From an uncultured Bacteroidota bacterium (GTDB lineage Bacteria > Bacteroidota > Bacteroidia > Chitinophagales > Chitinophagaceae), in NCBI GenBank assembly GCA_963750825.1, contig CAVVSL010000001.1, positions 2,253-66,252 on the forward strand: 64,000 nt of DNA, read 5' to 3'. Below, one piece after another: positions 9,638 to 19,502 of this stretch. A model generated the notes under the pieces. That model was not told the DNA's origin and made no database searches. It saw nothing but the letters and a program-made list of their open reading frames with translations. The first letter of the stretch is position 1. Each line of letters starts with the position of its first letter. Made by a program: the position numbers and the translations under genes.

Positions 9638-10693
9638 TCAGCGGCTTAAAATTTTAGAAAATCTTCTTACATCTGCCTGAGGATGGATGGTTTCTCCCCT
9701 TACAAGGTGATTAGTAAGTTCGTTTGAAAAATACGGGGCCAGCGAGCAGCCCTTGGTGCCCATGCCATTCAGTATGCCCATATTTTTCTGCACGGGGTGG
9801 AATCCTACAAATGGCCTCCTCTCCATATTGGCAGGCCTTTCCGCTGCCAGGTGGTCAACGATGGTATAGGGAATTTTCAGCCATTGGCGTAGCTGGGCTG
9901 TTGTTTTTTCCCTAAAGGCTGTTGATGGCGCAAGATCTTTGAAGTCCCATTCATAGGAAGACCCAATCCAGAACAACCCATCTTGCCAGGGAACCAGGGT
10001 AATGCCCTGTTTATAAATATTTGTCCGGGGCAAATCAGGGATATGGGCAATCAATGCTTCTCCTTTGTTGCGTGCATAGGGTAGCCTGTTGAAATAAGGA
10101 CTATCGAACCCTGCAGTACCATCACAAAAAATAATTTTTTGGGCTGTGATATCTTTGTAAAGGACTTTTTCCTGATCAATGATGCAATCATCCCAGCTAA
10201 AAAATTCTTCCCGTAAATTGTTTTTTTGTACCAACTGCTTCCGCCATTGAGTGAGCAAAACCTGTATGTCAACCAGCCAGCAGGGATTGATTTCTCCGAT
10301 GCTAAAATCATATTGAAAAAAAGTAGTCCATTTATCGGCTTGCCGGGGTATTCTCAGGTACTCTTTTTCTTCCTGCATTCTTTCCCGGAAAGCCAATACC
10401 ATTTGAGGGGTAGGGTGGAAGTCGAGGATATTACATTGGCGGATGAATTCAGTACCCATTTCGGCTCCCCAATGGCTGTATGCGTTCACTGCAAAGGGCA
10501 ATAGTTTCTCAATTTCCCATGTTCTGACCATTCTTCTGCCGGTAATGGGATTGATTACCCCACTGGCCACTTTAGACGCTGTGAATGGCTTGCTTTCGTC
10601 AATTACCACCACTGATTTTCCTGCTTTCAGTAAATCGCGACTGAGAAAACTGCCGCATATGCCCTGGCCAATGATGAGGTAGTCTGTTTGCAT
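9638..10693 (-). CDS. FAD-dependent oxidoreductase (DAO family)
   Basis: IIGQGICG dinucleotide-binding motif, ASKVASGVINP and NGMGTKG. Confidence 0.9.
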   Translation of the reverse strand: MQTDYLIIGQGICGSFLSRDLLKAGKSVVVIDESKPFTASKVASGVINPITGRRMVRTWEIEKLLPFAVNAYSHWGAEMGTEFIRQCNILDFHPTPQMVLAFRERMQEEKEYLRIPRQADKWTTFFQYDFSIGEINPCWLVDIQVLLTQWRKQLVQKNNLREEFFSWDDCIIDQEKVLYKDITAQKIIFCDGTAGFDSPYFNRLPYARNKGEALIAHIPDLPRTNIYKQGITLVPWQDGLFWIGSSYEWDFKDLAPSTAFREKTTAQLRQWLKIPYTIVDHLAAERPANMERRPFVGFHPVQKNMGILNGMGTKGCSLAPYFSNELTNHLVRGETIHPQADVRRFSKILSR

Positions 10694-10736
10694 ATTATAT
10701 TTCTATACACCTTACACTAAAGGTCAATCTGATCAT

Positions 10737-13700
10737 TTATTTTCCTTCCACCCGGAGAGTACTTCCCGCTGAATGACTGGTAAATTCAGGCGCATACATA
10801 CTTTGGATACTGGCAATGCCGATCGAAAAAACACCAGTATGGGTAATGAAAACAGGGTATTCAAAAACATAGGTTCCTTTGGATAAATGACTAATGAAAA
10901 AATTACTGCTGGCATCACGGGTGCTTTCGTAATAACCCAGTCCATCCTGCCATTGGTAGCCACTTAAAACATTGAGGGGTTCCATGCTGGCAGCACGCAT
11001 GTCTTTGAGGTGAAGGTAATCCATATCCCTGTCGGACTTTAACACTATCCTGATAACCACTTTGTCACCAGGGTGCAATATGGATGTATCACTTATTTGT
11101 TCCAGTAGCTTCCCTTTCGCTGTATTTTTTTCCAGAAACAATTTTTTGGATAGTGACAATGGAGATTCGGCTGCCGTAATCTTGTCAAGGTCTTCAAAGT
11201 ATTGCCAGTACAAACTTCCCCAGGAAGGAGAGGAGGCAGATTCGGTTGTTGCATTGTTAGCGGAATGAGTGCTAATGATAATATTACCCATTTCCGGCCG
11301 GATGGCTTTACCTTCAATTCTTTTCTGAAAATAGCCGGTTCCTGCCTGCTTTGTTTCCTGGTTGCTGTTGAAGCTGGTTGTACCCAGGGTAATGATTACC
11401 GATTTATCTGTATTGAGCCAATCAGATCCATAGGCCAGTAAGGCATAACAGGCATCAGCAGTAGCAATGGTGGTTCTCCAGTTATTGGTTTGCTTGTTCA
11501 ATAGTAGCCAGGTTTTCATGGCATTGATATTTTTCTGCATCTCCCTGCCAGGATTATTCATGGTTACCTCACTCATAAAGGCCAGCATCATTGTTTGGTT
11601 TTCAATGGGTGACTGGTGCCAGTACCTTGTATAATTGGTTTTCCAGTACATGCCTTGTTTTGAATTGATTACGGTATTTTCCAGCAAAGCAGGGAGAATA
11701 TCTCTGGTAGCGATTTTCTCTTCTTTGTTGCGATAAAAAACCAGCCCCAGAACGGCTTTGTAATAATTGTTCTGCTTAACCCAGAATTTTTTGCCCTGGT
11801 TATAATAGTATTGATAAGCATTGGGAGACTGCAGTGCGATGTCCCTGAAAAAACTTCTCATGTACAGGTAATCCATTTGGATAGAGGATACCTGAAGTTG
11901 GGTGGTATCTGCTTTGTTTGTAAGCAACCGGTTATAATCTTTTGCCAGTTGCGCATCTTCGAATGCAAGTGCTTTTACCAGGATATTCCTGATACGCAAA
12001 CTGATATCCGGAGTGATGGCGCCCAGTCTTTTGAGTTTACCGATACCCGTAAGGATGTATTGGGTAATGTACCTGTCGGGATAGCCTCCTTTGAACCAAC
12101 TGAAACTGCCATCTGTTATTTGTAACTGCTGCAGCTTATCAATCAGGCTTTCAGTCTGGCTTTCCTGACCGGCCAGCTCAAATAGTTTGCTCAGGTTTTT
12201 CATTCTTTCAGCTTCCTTTTCAGCCTGAAATACCCAGGGGGTTTCTTCCAGGAGTACCTGTTTTAGGGCTTTATTTTTTTGCAGATTACTTTGTAAAACT
12301 GTGCTATCGTTTTTCCACTGGTCAAATACTTTTTTAATAGCGGGGTATTTGTTGATAATATGGGTGGACAAGAGGTTGGCGAATAACCGGTTAAAACTTT
12401 GTTCGGCACATTCATAGGGATATTCCATCAGGTAGGGCAATGCCTGCACTGCATACCAAACCGGATGGGTGGTATATTCCAGTGTAAGGCTTTCGTTGGT
12501 TCGGGTTTCGCTGATTGTATTCAACAGTTTATCAAAACTGAACTTACGGGTGCTGTCATCAGGCAGAAAAAGTGGCAGGCTTTCGGTTACCAGCATTCTG
12601 TTGGTGAGTACGGGAAGCATATTCTCCTCCCCATCACTGAATTCACCTGCCTCGGCCACGAGGCGCCAGGTGAGTGGGTGGTTATAGCCAAAGGGAATCT
12701 GTATGGGGAATTTGACAGCACTGCTTAATCCTGCTTCTACGGTAAAGTATTGGGTGGGGAATATATTCTGAAACCATCCATCTACAGAAGTTCCCGTTTC
12801 AGTGTCCAATAACTCCAGCCTTACCTGACCGGTTATTTCTTTATCGGTGAGGTTGCTGATTTTACCACTGAATTCCATATGATCCCCTTCCCGCAAAAAT
12901 CTTGGGGCATTGGCCTGGACCATCAGTTTTTTCTGGGTGATGATTTTCGCAGTTTGGGTTCCGAAGGCCAGGTCTTTGGTATGCGCGAGGCTCATCCACT
13001 TCCATTGGGTATTGGCATCGGGCATTGTAAATTGAATGCGGTAGGTCCCCGTGCTATCAGCGGTCAATTGCGGAAAGAAAAAAGCAGTTTCAGCAAAGTT
13101 TTTACGAATGCCAGTTGCTGGAATATCGGCTATAGGTTTACCATCCGGAGATACCATCTCCAAATCCTGTAAAGATTTCGGTGGTGGGGCTGAGAAAACT
13201 TTATCGTACGACTCCTCCTGTATACCCCCTTTCCCCCTGGATATCATTTTATTTTGATCTCCACTATTGTTGCCCCTTATTTGGATACCGGAACCTGTTG
13301 CCATGACCCTTTCCATGGAACCTGCTTCAATTTGCAACATGGCCATGTATTTTTCCATCCTTTTTTTCAAAGCAGGTGCCAATACATGAGAACCAGGATT
13401 GCTCCAGTTTTTCAGGTCCTGTTCCCAAAGTTCATTTCCTGAAGCAGCCAGCCTGTCAAAAAGAATCTCCTTGCTTTCCACATATTTTATCGGCAGGTAA
13501 TTCTCTATCGATACGGCCGGCTTGAAATTGGCCAATGCATTAAAATTGGTCAGTGAATAATTAGTCGGCCACAAGGATGGGCTATTCCAGGTATGGTTTT
13601 TAAACTGGTCCAGTGACGCATCATACATGCCTGTGAGCAGTTCTGCGGCGGCTGGTTGGTTGTTGTCTGCTTTTACTTCAATCGTCCATTTCTCATGGTT

Positions 13701-16700
13701 ACCCGGTTCTGTTTTATCCCGGTAACTGGCATACTTCAATTGTAATTCCTTATTGTTCCAGGGTACAATTACTTTGAATTGGTGGGTATATATACGGTTG
13801 TTGAATACATAGGCTTCTGTAATAAACACATCTCCACGGTCCGCTTCGGTAGGTTGGTACAGGATCCTTTCAATCCCCTTATTCCTTTGTAAAAACTGGT
13901 ACACTTTATTGTCGATTCCGGGTCTTTCCGTTTTTCGGATGACAAACCGGTTGGCCACACTACTCCCACTCAGAAATACGGAAGTTTCTCCCGGCCTGGC
14001 TATTGCATTAACTATATGGGTAAATGCAAAGGATGGAACAGCCAATTGGCTATTATTACTCCGGAACAATTGGGTATAGGTAATGGTCGTGACTTCTTCT
14101 CCATATTTGTCCCGGGTTTTCGCTTCTATCCTGTAATAGCCGGGTAGTACACTTCCGGATGGAATGGTGAAAAGATTTTTTTCGCCGGTATTTATTTCCC
14201 CTGTTAATACCGATTTGCCAATAGGCCAGTTCAGAAAATTTGATTCAGCCTGGTATTCATCTTCCGGAAAATAGCTACTAAATTCTTTTTGCGTCATAAC
14301 AAACTGATCCGGCCTTTGCCATAATCTTTTACGGATAGGATGTTCAGGTGCCTGTAATGAATAGAGACGGATACTAACGGATGCAGGTTCCGGTTCATTA
14401 CTTAGGTTGGTAGTGTTGATTTTTATATGGGTAAAACTATCCACTTCACTGGATTCCGGTGCAGTAATGGATAGTAGCATTGAGGCGAGGCCCACTGTAA
14501 CCTGTGATAAACCGCTCCTTGTTTCACCGGTAATATCCGTTATATCAGCAGTCACAGAGAAATCAAATAGGGGGTTACCGCTTTTATCAATAATGTCGTC
14601 TGCCAGGGCCATAAAACGGATGGTGAATTTGCCCTCATTGTCTGTAACGAGTTCTCCCTGGCTAATTTCCCTGTTGCCCGCATTAATTATTGTGCTCCTC
14701 CAAAACCAGGGATAGGGATATCGTGTATTTCTTTTTACGGAGTATTTCACTTTGGCTCCACTTATCGGATTGCCAGCATAAGCTATGGCATGGCCTGTAA
14801 GGCTAACTGAATCGTTCAGGCGATAGCTGCCTTTCGCCTTGTCGAAAGTAACCTGGAAGGTAGGGCGTTTGTATTCCTCTACCGAAAAGTAGGAAAGTGA
14901 TTGGCCGTAGTGGGGAAGTGAAAGCATGAAATTACCTGTCAGTGTATTTTGCGGCAACCTGAATTGACCGGTAAAGGAGCCGAAACTATTCAATGAAATC
15001 AGGATAGAATCTATTCTTTTGCCGTTTACATCCTGCAGGTAGATTTGGCTTGTGTCTTTTGAACGAATCAGTTTGCTCTGTTTTGTTTGAAAGTCTTTGG
15101 TAATGGCAATGCCTTTGAAGGAAACCAACTGCCCGGGACGATATATAGACCTATCTGTAAAAAAATATACCCTGCTATTGTTGGTTTCAAATTTTTCCTG
15201 CTCAGAAATATCATTAATTACCGGATTTTCATATGCATAAGGAATATAATCAGCCTCTCTAAGAAAAAGATGGTCTTTTCCCATCTGAAAATAGAAACGG
15301 TAACTGGGGTAATTATTTTTTTCGTTTAAAAGAAAATATCCATTTTCGTCGCTGATCCTTTCACCTGTTTTTTTCAACGTATAGGTATAATTGGTTTTGT
15401 CATATACCCTTTCATACACTTTCACGGAAACCCCTTTCAGGGGCTGGCCATTTTCTCTGTCCAGCACAAAAAAATCATTTTTATTGTTGACATAACTTAT
15501 CCGGGATATATGAAAAAACTGGTAGCTCAGTTTATCTTTTTCTTTATCAAATCCGGCGCCGGAAGCAGTAATAAGGGCATAGCTCCCCAGGGGTAAGCCA
15601 TCTATTTTTATTTCAGCGCTGTGGGGCTGATAATCTTCGGAAAGGGGCAGGGGCTGTGTCAGTTTTCTAAAAGAGGTTTTTCCCAGTAAAATCTTCCATA
15701 CGTCATTTCCATTGCTGTTATCAGTGATCTCTTCTTTATTATCTAAACGGATAATTCTCCCAAAAAGGGTATCGATATTCCGGTAACTGACCAACGCCCT
15801 GAATGGAGTATTGGGAAGATTCACGATCTCCGTTTGGGTACCCAGTTTTTTACCCAGGATTTCCCCTAATAGGTTTTGCAGGTTGGCTATGCCATTGTTA
15901 TTTTCTTTACTTAGGGATAATGCTTTTTCAATCAGGCTTTTTGCCCGGGTATATCCATACCGGTTGGTAGTGTCACCAAATGCCTGATAGGTGGCAGCTT
16001 CATTGGCTGCATTTCTGGCGAGTAAATACCAGGCCTGGGAAGCGGAAGCCGTCTGGCCAAAATTATTGGTGATTTCTTCCAGTGCGGAAACATACAATCT
16101 TTCTTTATTTTCCAGGGCGGCTATTGCGTAAACCCATTCAATCCTTTCCAGGTTAGCTTCCAGGAAGGCGGATTTATCAGGGTCGTTTTGGTGAGATTTC
16201 AATAATTCCTGGTACAATACAAGGGTTAACCATTGTTGTGAAGCACTATCAGTAGTGGTAAAACGGGCATTGATGAAGCTGGGTGAAGGACTCAATGCTA
16301 AAGGATCTTTTACAACAAAAGCGAAGGTGGGTTTGGTTAGATAATTGTCACCCGACTGGAAATAGCTGATTGCCTCATGTGCCAGTAGGTCAAAAAGGGT
16401 TGGTCTTACTTTCCGGGCATTACCTGCCACCACAATAGGCTCAATAGTATTAATGGGGGTTTGCCCTAATAACTTCCTGTTTTGTAAGGAACGCTGAAAA
16501 TGGGTTGTGATGGTTTTGGCAAAATCGTCGTGGCTCCAGGTACTGATATTCTCCGGGTCAGCTTGTACGGTATTGGTCCGGCTGTAAAGGTTCCATCGAT
16601 GATTATTAAAATACGTAAGGTAATATTTGGCCAATAAGGAGTGTATTACGGCTTTAATGGCTTCATCAGTACTTGTGGCTAATTCGGTTTTCAGTTGGGC

Positions 16701-16970
16701 AATAGACTGATTAAAATTATCTTCTGTAATCCTTTCTGAAAGTGTGTATTGGTAAATCAGGCTTTTCAATGCCTGAGCGGGGTGTGAGGCTTTTTTGGCC
16801 CGGTCATATAATTGGGTAACTTTTCCCAAAGCTGTTTTGGTCAGGTCTTTTTGTAGAATCGTTGTATCAATTTCAATCCATTCTTTCCTGTACAGGGTAT
16901 CTGTAACCTGGGCGCTGGAAAGGAAAGACGACATTACTATGGTAAGAAAAGTGAGGCTGCGTAAAAACAT
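10737..16970 (-). CDS. Bacterial alpha-2-macroglobulin family protein
   Basis: 2077 aa with signal peptide; FTDRSIYRPG, VEEYKRP, RKNFAETAFF, thioester motif YPYECAEQ and SMYAPEF. Confidence 0.93.
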   Translation of the reverse strand: MFLRSLTFLTIVMSSFLSSAQVTDTLYRKEWIEIDTTILQKDLTKTALGKVTQLYDRAKKASHPAQALKSLIYQYTLSERITEDNFNQSIAQLKTELATSTDEAIKAVIHSLLAKYYLTYFNNHRWNLYSRTNTVQADPENISTWSHDDFAKTITTHFQRSLQNRKLLGQTPINTIEPIVVAGNARKVRPTLFDLLAHEAISYFQSGDNYLTKPTFAFVVKDPLALSPSPSFINARFTTTDSASQQWLTLVLYQELLKSHQNDPDKSAFLEANLERIEWVYAIAALENKERLYVSALEEITNNFGQTASASQAWYLLARNAANEAATYQAFGDTTNRYGYTRAKSLIEKALSLSKENNNGIANLQNLLGEILGKKLGTQTEIVNLPNTPFRALVSYRNIDTLFGRIIRLDNKEEITDNSNGNDVWKILLGKTSFRKLTQPLPLSEDYQPHSAEIKIDGLPLGSYALITASGAGFDKEKDKLSYQFFHISRISYVNNKNDFFVLDRENGQPLKGVSVKVYERVYDKTNYTYTLKKTGERISDENGYFLLNEKNNYPSYRFYFQMGKDHLFLREADYIPYAYENPVINDISEQEKFETNNSRVYFFTDRSIYRPGQLVSFKGIAITKDFQTKQSKLIRSKDTSQIYLQDVNGKRIDSILISLNSFGSFTGQFRLPQNTLTGNFMLSLPHYGQSLSYFSVEEYKRPTFQVTFDKAKGSYRLNDSVSLTGHAIAYAGNPISGAKVKYSVKRNTRYPYPWFWRSTIINAGNREISQGELVTDNEGKFTIRFMALADDIIDKSGNPLFDFSVTADITDITGETRSGLSQVTVGLASMLLSITAPESSEVDSFTHIKINTTNLSNEPEPASVSIRLYSLQAPEHPIRKRLWQRPDQFVMTQKEFSSYFPEDEYQAESNFLNWPIGKSVLTGEINTGEKNLFTIPSGSVLPGYYRIEAKTRDKYGEEVTTITYTQLFRSNNSQLAVPSFAFTHIVNAIARPGETSVFLSGSSVANRFVIRKTERPGIDNKVYQFLQRNKGIERILYQPTEADRGDVFITEAYVFNNRIYTHQFKVIVPWNNKELQLKYASYRDKTEPGNHEKWTIEVKADNNQPAAAELLTGMYDASLDQFKNHTWNSPSLWPTNYSLTNFNALANFKPAVSIENYLPIKYVESKEILFDRLAASGNELWEQDLKNWSNPGSHVLAPALKKRMEKYMAMLQIEAGSMERVMATGSGIQIRGNNSGDQNKMISRGKGGIQEESYDKVFSAPPPKSLQDLEMVSPDGKPIADIPATGIRKNFAETAFFFPQLTADSTGTYRIQFTMPDANTQWKWMSLAHTKDLAFGTQTAKIITQKKLMVQANAPRFLREGDHMEFSGKISNLTDKEITGQVRLELLDTETGTSVDGWFQNIFPTQYFTVEAGLSSAVKFPIQIPFGYNHPLTWRLVAEAGEFSDGEENMLPVLTNRMLVTESLPLFLPDDSTRKFSFDKLLNTISETRTNESLTLEYTTHPVWYAVQALPYLMEYPYECAEQSFNRLFANLLSTHIINKYPAIKKVFDQWKNDSTVLQSNLQKNKALKQVLLEETPWVFQAEKEAERMKNLSKLFELAGQESQTESLIDKLQQLQITDGSFSWFKGGYPDRYITQYILTGIGKLKRLGAITPDISLRIRNILVKALAFEDAQLAKDYNRLLTNKADTTQLQVSSIQMDYLYMRSFFRDIALQSPNAYQYYYNQGKKFWVKQNNYYKAVLGLVFYRNKEEKIATRDILPALLENTVINSKQGMYWKTNYTRYWHQSPIENQTMMLAFMSEVTMNNPGREMQKNINAMKTWLLLNKQTNNWRTTIATADACYALLAYGSDWLNTDKSVIITLGTTSFNSNQETKQAGTGYFQKRIEGKAIRPEMGNIIISTHSANNATTESASSPSWGSLYWQYFEDLDKITAAESPLSLSKKLFLEKNTAKGKLLEQISDTSILHPGDKVVIRIVLKSDRDMDYLHLKDMRAASMEPLNVLSGYQWQDGLGYYESTRDASSNFFISHLSKGTYVFEYPVFITHTGVFSIGIASIQSMYAPEFTSHSAGSTLRVEGK

Positions 16971-17101
16971 CAGGGCGGGTTTCGGTTAAGTTACAGGTTA
17001 AGTACTGAGATGCAAAACTCAGGGAATTTTCATAAATGAGCATTTACCTTAACATTTGTTTCTTATAAGCCAGAATTGTGCCACATTTTTTTAAATGTTG
17101 C

Positions 17102-17129
17102 AAAAAAAAACCGATTGACAATCAATCGG
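17102..17129 (-). terminator. Intrinsic terminator of sucD
   Basis: CCGATTGA/TCAATCGG stem followed by a 9-T run on the minus strand. Confidence 0.8.
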
Positions 17130-17151
17130 CTTCTTCTATTCAGTAAGGATA

Positions 17152-18024
17152 TTATTTTTTGAGAATGGCTGCCATCGTTTTGCCGATATCTGCAGGGCTG
17201 GCCACTACGGTAATGCCACATTCTTCCATGATTTTCATTTTAGCGGCAGCGGTATCTTCCGCTCCGCCTACAATGGCCCCTGCATGGCCCATCCGGCGTC
17301 CGGGAGGGGCTGTTTGACCGGCGATAAAGCCCACCACAGGTTTGGTTTTATTGTCTTTTATCCAGCGGGCTGCGTCAGCTTCCATGCTTCCGCCAATTTC
17401 ACCAATCATGATGATGCCATCTGTTTCAGGATCATTCATCAGTAATTCAACGGCTTCTTTGGTAGGCGTACCAATTATCGGGTCACCGCCAATTCCGATG
17501 GCGGTGCTGATGCCCATGCCGGCTTTTACCACCTGGTCGGCTGCTTCATAAGTGAGGGTACCACTTTTGGAAACGATGCCAATACGACCAGTTTTAAAGA
17601 TAAACCCGGGCATGATGCCAACTTTGGCTTCACCGGCAGTGATTACACCGGGACAGTTCGGCCCGATCAACCTTGTTTGGGTTCCTGATAAGTAATTTTT
17701 CACCAATACCATATCCTGAACCGGAATTCCTTCAGTGATACAAACCACCAGCGCGATTCCGGCATCGGTGGCTTCCATAATGGCATCAGCTGCAAATGCC
17801 GGTGGGACAAATATGATGCTCACATCTGCGCCTGTTACTTTTACAGCATCTGCAACGGTATTAAAAACAGGACGGTCCAGGTGTGTAGTGCCCCCTTTGT
17901 TTGGGGTTACACCCCCAACTACTTTTGTTCCATAATCAATCATCTGGGTGGCATGAAATGTACCCTCAGTACCGGTAAATCCCTGTACAATAATTTTGGA
18001 GTTTTTATTAATTAATACGGCCAT
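17152..18024 (-). CDS. sucD: Succinate--CoA ligase subunit alpha
   Basis: [22 protein letters not shown] and the phospho-His motif RMGHAGAI. Confidence 0.98.
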   Translation of the reverse strand: MAVLINKNSKIIVQGFTGTEGTFHATQMIDYGTKVVGGVTPNKGGTTHLDRPVFNTVADAVKVTGADVSIIFVPPAFAADAIMEATDAGIALVVCITEGIPVQDMVLVKNYLSGTQTRLIGPNCPGVITAGEAKVGIMPGFIFKTGRIGIVSKSGTLTYEAADQVVKAGMGISTAIGIGGDPIIGTPTKEAVELLMNDPETDGIIMIGEIGGSMEADAARWIKDNKTKPVVGFIAGQTAPPGRRMGHAGAIVGGAEDTAAAKMKIMEECGITVVASPADIGKTMAAILKK

Positions 18025-18136
18025 GGCATGTTTCAGTTTTGATGGAAATTGGCGCAAAAATAGGTTAAAAGAGACTAGTGTGATGGTATTCAACCGGAAA
18101 CTTTGGCAATTTTTGTTGGCTGATTATCAATTGGGG

Positions 18137-18967
18137 CTACAGGTAAAACTGTGAATATTCGAAGGATAGGCTTCCCCAAAAGCTTTGCCAATCTGCCCCT
18201 GAATCACCCATCGTCTTTTCCATGTGTACACAGCTTACCATAAAGGGACCGGAATGTCTTTTAGCGGAAATCCATCCTTTTTGGTTGGTCCTTGCAGTTT
18301 CAATAACTACCTGCTTGTTTTTGTCATAAAACCAGGTTCTGACCAGTGCATTTTCCAGCGGTTTCCCCTGAAAGAGCACCTGAAATTTTACATTTTGAAC
18401 ATCCTTTCCCCTTATTCGGGTGGGGATTGCATAAGGGTTGTTTTCGGGTATAATGTCAAGGGGAAGCGTTGTGGGTTTCGTACATTGATCAGTATAACTA
18501 TCCCCAACCTGTATAAGGGTTTTTACACTCCTTTGGTAGAATTCCTTCCCCAAAGCTGTTTCCTGCCCGTTGGCTGTTCTGAACAATAGTGCATTATCCA
18601 GTCCGTCTTCTGTCAGGTATTCCTTGAATTTTTTTGCTTCCAGTTCAATAAAAGAATTGGTGCTTTGAAATACAATCATGTGGGTACCGATATCCTGTAA
18701 AGGCAGTTGTAGGGAATCTCCATTATTTATTGAGATTTTATTAGCCACATTGTTGATGGCTCCTGTAGGTTCATAGTGCCATAATTGCTGAACTTTATCC
18801 CGGTTGCCCGCCCAGTTTATTCCGGTAAAATTTTCTCCCACCCTGAAACGAATATTGGCTACTTCCCTTATTGTATAAAAGTATTTTAAGGGCTGTAACC
18901 AGAATTCATGCGCCAGTACTGCGATTGAAAGGCAACAAATTGCCAGGAGTAGATAGATTTTCTTCAT
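18137..18967 (-). CDS. DUF4198 domain periplasmic protein
   Basis: Signal peptide then AHEFWLQP, FKEYLTEDG, LDIIPENNPY and WQSFWGSLSF. Confidence 0.8.
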   Translation of the reverse strand: MKKIYLLLAICCLSIAVLAHEFWLQPLKYFYTIREVANIRFRVGENFTGINWAGNRDKVQQLWHYEPTGAINNVANKISINNGDSLQLPLQDIGTHMIVFQSTNSFIELEAKKFKEYLTEDGLDNALLFRTANGQETALGKEFYQRSVKTLIQVGDSYTDQCTKPTTLPLDIIPENNPYAIPTRIRGKDVQNVKFQVLFQGKPLENALVRTWFYDKNKQVVIETARTNQKGWISAKRHSGPFMVSCVHMEKTMGDSGADWQSFWGSLSFEYSQFYL

Positions 18968-19010
18968 ACCCTAAAATAATCATTATACAGGCAGGTAAGT
19001 AGTTTATGGG

Positions 19011-19045
19011 CATTAAAAAGCCGGAAACATTCCGGCTTTTTAATG
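19011..19045. terminator. Intrinsic terminator
   Basis: Perfect 16-bp inverted repeat CATTAAAAAGCCGGAA-aca-TTCCGGCTTTTTAATG. Confidence 0.85.
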
Positions 19046-19056
19046 TATTTGCAGGG

Positions 19057-19380
19057 TTATCCATTTTTGCCTGCTCTGCGGAGTTGACGTCCTGCCCGCT
19101 TAACCGGGTGCTTTACGCCATCGGTCCTCAGGTCTCTGGCATCAGTCCTAATGTCTTTTTTGTCTGCCTTGATATCTTTGTGTAAGGCTTTTGCAGCATC
19201 TTTGTCACCTTCTTTGATTTCATTTTTCAGGGCTGACTTGTCTTTACGAACCTCCCGAATATCTTTTCTCAATTCTTTCATGTCCCCTTTCTTGTCTGTT
19301 GCAGAAGGGGTAGCTGTTTGTGCCATGGAAGTCATGGAAAATAAAATGCAGGCCAGGGATGCGAAGAATAATTTTTTCAT
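19057..19380 (-). CDS. Small secreted Lys/Asp/Arg-rich helical protein
   Basis: Signal peptide (SMA|Q) and repeated KDI/KDK/RD units. Confidence 0.8.
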   Translation of the reverse strand: MKKLFFASLACILFSMTSMAQTATPSATDKKGDMKELRKDIREVRKDKSALKNEIKEGDKDAAKALHKDIKADKKDIRTDARDLRTDGVKHPVKRAGRQLRRAGKNG

Positions 19381-19461
19381 GTGGTTTGTTTTTGTTTGTA
19401 AACTTTGACTGATAAGCCCTAACCAGGTTTATTTATATTTTCTATTTTGCCATTCTTTAAC

Positions 19462-19488
19462 AAAAAAGACCGGAAAGCCGGCCTTTTT
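19462..19488 (-). terminator. Terminator of the PKD gene
   Basis: AAAAAAGACCGG-aaag-CCGGCCTTTTT. Confidence 0.65.
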
Positions 19489-19502
19489 AAAATGGAGTGC
19501 TA

